Part shown: positions 54,835 to 64,000 of the stretch, one piece after another
Layout: each line of letters opens with the position of its first letter
Numbering within the stretch: position 1 is the stretch's first letter
NCBI GenBank assembly: GCA_951406725.2
Contig: OX597826.1
Location: forward strand, 71,052,001-71,116,000
Source: Octopus vulgaris
Lineage: Eukaryota
Reading direction: 5' to 3'
Length of the DNA: 64,000 bases
The notes under the pieces: generated by a model
The model's database searches: none
Told to the model about the DNA's origin: nothing
Seen by the model: only the letters and a program-made list of their open reading frames with translations
Translations under genes and position numbers: made by a program

Positions 54835-54953
54835 ATGTATATATATATGTGTATGTATATATATATACATATATAACGAGAGAGATATAGAGTGATACAG
54901 AAATATGCAAACGCACACACATTTATATATACGTAAGTATATATACATGTATT

Positions 54954-54984
<31 letters not shown>

Positions 54985-55083
54985 GTGTATGTATATATAC
55001 ATATATATATGTGTGTGTGTGTGTATATATATCTATATATATGTATGTATATATATGTATATATATATATATCTATATATATG

Positions 55084-55152
<69 letters not shown>

Positions 55153-55676
55153 GTACCTAAAGAGAAATCACATTAATATAATCTGTGGCAAAGAATCCGA
55201 TAGTCCATCTAATCTTACGACATATCTCTGTTTTCACTGATATAAATTTGATGTGAAAATTATTCTGAGAAATCTTCCTGCAGCATATGGTAAACAGATT
55301 TCTTTGGAACATTTGATATTGAGCTCCATCGATGGAATCGGTCAATATCTATCTTGTCGTGATGCGATAGTACTGTCAGTCACAGATCCTCGTCTATCAC
55401 ATACATACCGTATCTTCCAATATCCGACTGGGAATTTAATTTGCATTGTTCGGACAAAGAAGAACGAGACGGTAAAAGAAGACGGCAGAAGAACAAAACA
55501 AAAAAAAAAAGAAGAAAAACGACAACAGCAACAACAACAACAACAAAACTGTGTAAAATGTCTGGTGAGGCTTACGGAGATTGGTGAGTTCTTGGAATGT
55601 TAGCGAATCCGAAGAGATTGTAGCATTAATAACTAATGTGTTTAAATGTAGTTCATATATCATATATACTTGTGTG

Positions 55677-55747
<71 letters not shown>

Positions 55748-55768
55748 ATGTATGTATATGTATGTATG

Positions 55769-55823
<55 letters not shown>

Positions 55824-55854
55824 ATATGTATGTATGTATATGTATGTATGTATG

Positions 55855-55899
<45 letters not shown>

Positions 55900-55912
55900 A
55901 TATGTATGTATG

Positions 55913-55997
<85 letters not shown>

Positions 55998-56374
55998 GTG
56001 TGAGTGTCTACATATACACGCGCGCGTACACAAACACACACACACACACAAGCCAAGCACGCAAACATTTCGAGTTGTGTATTTGCCAGTGTAACTGAGA
56101 ACATAATGCTACAGAAAAAATAGCGAAGCATCTCAATACTAATTGTTGAATAAATATTTGATATCTAGAGTTATGTTTGTAGCTTACGACATACCATTTA
56201 CTGAGAGATTTATGTCCCTTTCCCTAAGAAAATGCTCAGACGGGGCTTGCTGGTGGAACAGATACCTCTCCTGATCGGTTCCCATCGGCGCAGGGCGACT
56301 TCGGTTTTGTCTTGCATATGGAATAATAGATGTTTATATATGCATATACATTTGCATGTGACAGAGAGCTGGGG

Positions 56375-56416
<42 letters not shown>

Positions 56417-56446
56417 GAAAGAAAGAAAGAAAGAAAGAAAGACAGT

Positions 56447-56477
<31 letters not shown>

Positions 56478-56722
56478 GAAGAAGGGAAGAAAGAAAGAAA
56501 GAAAGGAAGGAAGGAAGGGAGAAGGGAAGGAAGAAAGGAAGCAAGGAAGCAAGAATGAAAGAAAGAAAGAAAGAAAGAAAGAGAGAAAGAAGGATAGAAA
56601 GAAGGAAAGAAAGAAGGAAGGAAGGAAAGAAAGAAGGAGAGAAAGAAAGAAAGAAGGAAAGAAGGAAGGAAGGAAGGAAAGAAAGAAAGAAAGAAAGAAA
56701 GAAGGAAAGAAGGAAGGAAGGA

Positions 56723-56754
<32 letters not shown>

Positions 56755-56886
56755 AGGAAAGAACGAAGGAAGGAAGGAAAGAAAGAAAGAAAGAAGGAAG
56801 GAAAGAAAGAAAGAACGAAAGAAAGAAAGAACGAAGGAAAGAAAGAAAGAAGGAAAGAAAGAAAGAAAGAAAGAAAGAAAGAAGGA

Positions 56887-56926
<40 letters not shown>

Positions 56927-56950
56927 AGGAAAGAAAGAAGGAAGGAAGGA

Positions 56951-56986
<36 letters not shown>

Positions 56987-56987
56987 A
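56375..56987. repeat. (GAAA/GGAA)n polypurine tract
   Basis: Direct reading. Confidence 0.95.
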
Positions 56988-58015
56988 CGACATTGTCAAC
57001 CATGAGTTTCAATTGTTCAACCGGCTGAAGTACCCAACTCATTGAATTAGTCCGTAACTGGTTGAGTATTCCGCAAACACGTGTAGCCGTTCGGCGAGCT
57101 TCAATACGGTTTCTCTTTATCCGAATTTCACTCAGATCTCATTGGTTGACCAGAGGCTTATATGAAACAAAGCTTGGGCAAGGTGCCACTCGGTGAGATC
57201 GAACGCGGGACATACACATAAGCAGCCACACATACACAGTCCTATGAATTCAATGAATAACTGGAAACCACTTCAAATATAAGACGGATGGGAAGATGCA
57301 TATTTAAAGAACATGGAAGAATGTTATGAATTATCCTTAAGGCCATGGAGTAATGAAGTGAGCTGGATGAATGGATGGATGAAGGATAAAAATGGAAATC
57401 GTTGATGAATCTTGTAGAGCGATATGCTTGATAAAAAGTTTCATCTATTTTTATCAGATGTAAAAATAAATCTAATAAAAATATGTGATAAAAAAATTAG
57501 GAATTCATAAAAATTTATAAAAATATATGATGTAAAAATAAAACAATTTTAATAAAATATTTTTTTTTTTTAAATGGTAAAGTAAATTAAAATTGATTAA
57601 AAATAGATTGGATAAACGAATTGGATTAAAAGTGTGAAGATAAAATATAGGAAACTATACAGGAATCTGGATTTAAAATGTATTAAAATGACCTAAGGTG
57701 AAGAGAAGTGAGTCGAAATAAAGAAAAAGCAATTGATAGTAATAGAGTATTGATCTGGTAACCAACGCGACAGGAAGTAAAGTAAGGGAGGAGGTGTTTC
57801 GGAATAAGCGGAAGTAATGAGAGCTCTTCGGAAAGGAGTTTACGAAAATTTACTAAGATAGCTGTAAAATTTCCCAGTGTTTTTGTTCAACCAAAAGCAA
57901 AAGCGATGTTATTTGTTAGGGCAGTTTATAGCGGACTAAAAGGAATTTATATGTGTTTGTGTAAATTTATATGTATATGTGTGCATGTAAAAAAAAAAGA
58001 ACCAAAGCTTGAATA

Positions 58016-58404
58016 TCTTTATATATAAAAGTGAAGTTGTGTGTCTGTCTCCTACGATTTAGATTCCTAACTACTCCCACATTTTATGGTGCAGTTTAAC
58101 CAAAACCGGGTATCTTATAGTCGTGATTCATATCGAGCCCTTCTGGGTATTAGCGCGCGTCTACGATGAGTCTACGATTTAAAAAAAAAATTAATGCATT
58201 TTTTCGCTATTATATAAGGGAAGTAACTCTCTAAAAATGTCTACGATGAGTCAACGATTTTAAAAAAATTTACCATCATTTTTTTCCATTTTTAATGCAT
58301 TTTTTTGCTACTTTTTGGCACTCTCTACTTTTTTGCTACTCTCTAAAAATGCTTATATAGTAATTTCCCTTACAAACCCGAGCAACGCCGAGCGATACTG
58401 CTAG
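58016..58404 (+). mobile_element. non-autonomous Helitron
   Basis: A|TC start, internal direct repeat gtctacgatgagtc, hairpin cccgagcaacgccgag, CTAG|T end. Confidence 0.8.
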
Positions 58405-58811
58405 TTAATAATAAGATGTGATGTACGGGAAAATACATTTTTAAAAATGTTCTTATGCCATTCTTAAAGTATGTATTATACACCTAGTACTTTCGTGAGG
58501 GGGAAAAATATAAACAAGAATAGGGCGGCTTCTTTGCCCTGAAGTCATGGCCCATAATTATAATCTAAAATTTTCGCGATTTTCTTTTTTCTCGAAAACG
58601 CAGATTCTGTTGGTACTCGCTCCATTACTCACTGCCCTCTAAAGATCGGAAACGTTAAACTTGCAGAAAATGGTAAAAGTTTTTCACTGAGAAGTAATAT
58701 ATAAAAATTCTTCAATATGCATTCATTCCTCTTTTTTTTTCTACTATTCGTTCACGCAGTTCTTTGTGTCATGGCATAATAAGCACACACATACACACAC
58801 ATAGACATAAT

Positions 58812-59433
58812 AGACATACACACATACATACATGCATGCGTACATACATACATACATACATACATACATACATACATACATACATACATACATACATACA
58901 TACATGCATACATACATACATACATACATACATACGTACGTACGTACGTACGTACATACATACATGCATGCATGCATACATACATACATACATACATACA
59001 TACATACATACATACATACATGCATGCATGCATGCATACATACATACATACATACATACTTACATACATACATACATACGTACGTACGTACGTACGTACA
59101 TACATACATATATACATACATACATACATGCATGCATGCATGCATGCATACATACATACATACATACATACATACATACATACATACATACGTACGTACG
59201 TACGTACTTACGTACGTACATACATACATACATACATACATACATGCATACGTACGTACGTACGTACGTACATACATACATACATACATACATACATACA
59301 TACATACATACATACATACATACATGCATGCATACATACATACATACATGCGTACATACATACATACATACATACATACATACATACATACATACATACA
59401 TACATACATACATACATACATACATACATACAT
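58812..59433. repeat. (TACA/TACG/TGCA)n tract
   Basis: Direct reading. Confidence 0.95.
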
Positions 59434-60304
59434 AGATGCGTACATACCTACCTTATAAATTCACGTTTATAGCATTAATAATTGGAACACTTCGTTTTGT
59501 TCGTAAATATCTAAGTCACAATGTGAAAACGCTAGAGTGTACAGAGAAAGGAATCAACCATCTAACTCGCATATCACAAGTGAAATCTCTAAGCAGAACA
59601 GTAAAAAATATGCATGTCAAATAATGTCACGTTTTGAACGTGACATTATTTTTGTTACCTACATTCCAAAGATTAGGCTTTGTATCTGTTTCAGAAAGCA
59701 ACTCCTTCCTTATAGGAAGACTTCAAATTAATTAAAATGGAAAAGAACAAACGTATATACATGCCCACATACACACAAACGGATATACACACATACATAC
59801 CGACAGACAAAACGAATATACGTACATACACCGAAACTATAAATTTTCATTTGTACCTATCATCATAGTTGCATTAGGCTGTGTATCTATAGATTTACAC
59901 ACACACACACACACACACAAAATAGAAGTGCTAGGTTTTTCGACGAAAGATCAAATGAAACTGACGTGGATTCTCCAAAGCTAATCTGTTAGTGGTTCCA
60001 TGAAGATTTCCAAGACGCTCCAAAACTTTTCTACCTGAGATTCTCATGCGAATTGAAGCACACACTTGGGTGTGTGCATCGATAGCTCAACCAACACACC
60101 AACCACAAATTTACAAACACCGGGAACGCTCTTAACTTAAAACGCCTTATAGCTTTGTTAGCGATTGGCTTGAAACTCTCTTAAGAACTTCAATGAATCC
60201 CAAAGAAAAATATGCATACACATATACATACATGCATACATACATACATACATACATACATACATACATACATACATACATACATACATACATACATACA
60301 TACA

Positions 60305-60563
60305 TCTTTTTACTTGTATCAACAATCTGACAGCGGCCATGTTAGGGCACCGCCTTGAAGTGGGTTTTTTTTTTTTCGAACAAATCAACTCTCGGACTTA
60401 TTTTTTAAGCCTAATACTTATTCTATCGACCGCTTCTGTCGAACCGCTAAGTTACGAAGACGTAAACACACCAACACGAGTTGTCAAGCGGTGGTAGGGG
60501 ACAAACACAGACACGAAGACACACACGCACACATCGATATACATACATACATACATACATACA

Positions 60564-60636
<73 letters not shown>

Positions 60637-60656
60637 ACAAATTATGTTTAATTTAT

Positions 60657-60699
<43 letters not shown>

Positions 60700-60765
60700 T
60701 TATACTATAAATTGGATTTAATCCTAAATCTGATTTTTCCCTGTAAGTTTGGATTTATTCTATTT

Positions 60766-60811
<46 letters not shown>

Positions 60812-60945
60812 CGGGTTTTTTCAGCTTCCGTCAATCAAATACACATACAAGGTTTTGGTTGACTCGAGGCCATAGTAGAAGACCCTTGCCCAAAGTGCCA
60901 CCTGAAATCGTGTCGGTGGGAAGCAAGCTTCTTACCACACAGACA
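60305..60945 (-). mobile_element. diverged SINE family A with expanded internal microsatellite region
   Basis: Tail half at 60305-60530, head half at 60810-60945. Confidence 0.75.
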
Positions 60946-61304
60946 CGAACCATAGCCATCACTATGTACCACATTTTTGCTAATTCCTTTTAGGTCTCTA
61001 TACATTTCTCAGCAGACATAGACACCATCTCCGACTTCCTGTCGTTAGCTCAACGGAATATCGAAGGACGTAACCGCTGGACGGAGATCTGCACCAGCAC
61101 TTCGGCTGGTGCTCATTTTCAGCTGTGTAAACCGGAGAGACGTAAAACGAAATGTCTTTCTCAACATATCATTCGGTCCAGGGTCGATTTGTTTGACTAA
61201 AGCTCTTCGAGGCGGTATCCCAGCATGACCGCAATCCAATTACCGAAACAAGTAAAAGACAAATATTACGTCATTACCAGAAGCATTATACTGACCTGTA
61301 TTCT

Positions 61305-61520
61305 GTGTAGCCGTGTCCTCCGTACAAGTCATAGAACAGTTGAGTATTCTGAGGATCTTCTATCAAGCGGCAGAAGGCCCCATGTTGGAAGAAGCAGCTC
61401 TTATCGACATGATTTAATGGAAGGATTCCTCCGTTGAGTATGTCAAACCCAGTTACCTCTATCTGGGAGCAAGTTGGGGCACTGGATTTGAGGGTCGGGA
61501 TAAAAGCTGCCATATGACAT
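61305..61520 (+). pseudogene. very old RTE-like LINE C-terminal fragment
   Basis: RVLR...SSGRRPHVGR...YRHDL and SIWEQVGALD resemble RTE C-terminal motifs across frameshifts. Confidence 0.4.
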
Positions 61521-61618
61521 CTCTTTACGTTTCGCAAATATTCTTTACTCTGCAAATATACAAAAACATATGGCAATGGTTAAAAATCTCGATAGATAGA
61601 TAGATAGATAAATAGATA

Positions 61619-61689
61619 TGTTTCTTTATTAGCCACACAGGGCTGCACACAGATAGAACAAATTACAAGGTAGAGCTTTTCTTTTGAAG

Positions 61690-61725
<36 letters not shown>

Positions 61726-63015
61726 AGGGGGAGTTTCGATCAAAAGGGATCGTAAAAGGAGAGAAAGAGGACAAAAAAAGGGGGTTAAAAAAAAGGGGGA
61801 GAGGAAAAAAAATTGATCAATAGGGATCGTTATCACAGAAATGTCAATATGAAGTGTAAAGGGGAGGACAGGTGAGGTTTACCCGTGGAAAGAAAAGCCT
61901 ACGGAAAAGACCACGGTAACCTCGGTCAATGAAGTCACATTTTATATTTCTTTTTTTTTTTTTTTGCAAATAAGCAACTCTCTGTTTTCGATTTCTGGGT
62001 TCATAGGACTATGCTCAAGGTGGCTTCGTCATTCATACGTGCCATTCTTGCTACATTCACCCATCTTTTTTAAAACATTCGCTAGACAAAACTTGCCTCT
62101 CTACTCTCACTTTCCTTTTCAAGTGGTACTTGAAGAAGTTGATGAGAGATTGACCAGAGAGGAAAGTGTTTGTCTCCAATCCTTTCAGACGCGTCCACCA
62201 GATACATTCTTTCACCATAGCCACAAGGATGATGAAAATAGCTCTTCCTTCCCGTTTGAAGGAAGGAGGCGTGACAATATTGACGATAGACTCAGCTGAT
62301 AAACCGACTCGTCCCACACGTGACAGCAGTTGTTCGACATAAGCCCACAGGTCGGAAATTGTTGGACACTGAACGAGTGCGTGCAGAACGGTTTCGTCGC
62401 TCTGACCGCATCTCGGGCAGGTCGGCCCCGTGTTTCTCGAGCCGTGTCTGTAGAGCTTATCCCGAACGGGTAGCGCTTCTCGGTAGCACTGCCAGGCCAG
62501 GGATCTCTGGAAGTTGTCCATGGGCCCTGGCCCGAAAGTCGTCCTGAACAGGCGGGTCAGGTACTCCTCGTCGACGTCCAGGTTCGCCCCGAGCTCGTCG
62601 TCGTACCTCCCCTCCACTAAACCCCTATAGAATGCTTTGGTTGTGTTGAAGTCACTTAAGGTCGACCCAGGACGGCAGAGTTGCTTGAGAGCAACGCGAC
62701 ACTCGCGGTGCCATTCGCCCTTCCTCGGCCTCTTTTTGATCCACGACTGCAGTTCGGTCATGGAGACGAGCTGCGGGAAAGCGTGCCTCACAAACGGCGA
62801 CCACACCTGTTCACCGTCGTCTACATAGAGCCAGAGATGCCGCAGTCTCAGCGCGTGTCTGCGCATCATCAACCACGGCATGCCCAGCCCTCCTTTTAAC
62901 GGGTGTTGACAGCAAATGGATCGCCTGACCATCGGGACGCATCCTTTCCACAAGAAGCGAAAGAGGATGCGTTGTAGTTTGGTGATGGTAGGGTCGGGAC
63001 AAGGTACGACGGTCA
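61619..63015 (-). mobile_element. 5'-truncated Tx1/L1-clade LINE flanked by (GATA)n
   Basis: ORF2 C-terminus, 3' UTR ending aataaagaaaca; GATA repeats at 61591-61618 and from 63016. Confidence 0.88.
62057..63015 (-). CDS. truncated LINE ORF2 C-terminus (post-RT region plus CCHC zinc finger)
   Basis: [40 protein letters not shown] and IWWTR motifs typical of L1/Tx1 ORF2. Confidence 0.85.
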
Positions 63016-63030
63016 GATAGACAGATAGAC

Positions 63031-63117
<87 letters not shown>

Positions 63118-63118
63118 G

Positions 63119-63214
<96 letters not shown>

Positions 63215-63230
63215 TGATTGATTGATAGAT
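63016..63230. repeat. (GATA)n microsatellite
   Basis: Direct reading. Confidence 0.95.
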
Positions 63231-63491
63231 TACTGTCTACCTTTTCATCGAAAAAGTTGATGAATGACTCCACCTGGCGACACAAGTGATTACCAACATT
63301 AAAAGCAAAGTTTTGGTCAGCAGGACAGGTATGCGTTTCATCAAAACACCTATAAAAGTTGCAGTCACCTCTTGCCACAAGCATGGCACACCTTTCTGCC
63401 CCTGTTGAATAAAAATGATAGAAAAGTGTGAACATATCCAAGTTAAGTAACATGGTGTAGAGATTGGGTTTGTAATATATGGGTGCGTTTA

Positions 63492-64000
63492 AGGAGGCGA
63501 GCTGGCAAAATGCTTAGCGGTATTTCGTCTGCCGTTACGTTCTGAGTTCAAATTCCACCGAGGTCAACCTTGCCTTTCATCCTTTCGGGGTCGATAAATT
63601 AAGTACCAGTTACGCACTGGGGTCGATATAATTGACTTAATCCGTGTGTCTGTCCTTGTTCGTCCCCTTTGTGTTTAGCCCCTTGTGGGTAATAAAAAAA
63701 ATAGGTATTTCGTCTACCGCTACGTTCTGAGTTCAAATTCCGTCGAGGTCGACTTTGCCTTCCATCCTTTCGGGGTTGATTAAATAAGTACCAGTTACGC
63801 ACTGGGGTTGATATAATTGACTTAATCCGTGTGTCTGTCCTTGTTCGTCCCCTTTGTGTTTAGCCGCTTGTGGGTAATAAAGAAATAGGTATTTCGTCTA
63901 CCGCTACGTTCTGAGTTCAAATTCCGTCGAGGTCGACTTTGCCTTCCATCCTTTCGGGGTTGATTAAATAAGTACCAGTTACGCACTGGGGTCGATATAA
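63492..64000 (+). mobile_element. SINE B head plus at least three tandem ~184-bp units, running off the window end
   Basis: Units start at 63519, 63704 and 63888. Confidence 0.9.

Noticed and set aside
56236-57042. KERK-rich and FFLS-rich ORFs
   Set aside because: (GAAA)n tract
57790-57836. Minus-strand CCGAAGA...GAAAC hammerhead-like motif
   Set aside because: No stem III or NUH and no stem I partner

Overview
AT-rich, repeat-dominated animal genomic DNA. The SINE families and extreme microsatellite load suggest a cephalopod, probably Octopus (inference from recognition, no search run). Most ORFs in the supplied track are microsatellite artefacts. Supported content: three tRNA-headed SINE families; two mariner elements and mariner/Tc2-like MITEs; non-autonomous Helitrons; R4/Dong-, RTE-, CR1-like and Tx1/L1-like LINE remnants; a Penelope-like RT fragment; and a probable small spliced gene on the minus strand near 28-31.6 kb. 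The most striking signal is about 15 type I hammerhead ribozyme motifs (intact or decayed) from several sequence families. They occur as short elements inside (TA)n tracts, some with an unusual CUGUNGA core and a dimer-only stem III, or as head-to-head inverted pairs forming long fold-backs. A second highlight is a Tx1-like LINE, flanked by (GATA)n, whose 3' end matches the tail of one SINE family. All coordinates and pairings were read by eye and may be off by a few bases.
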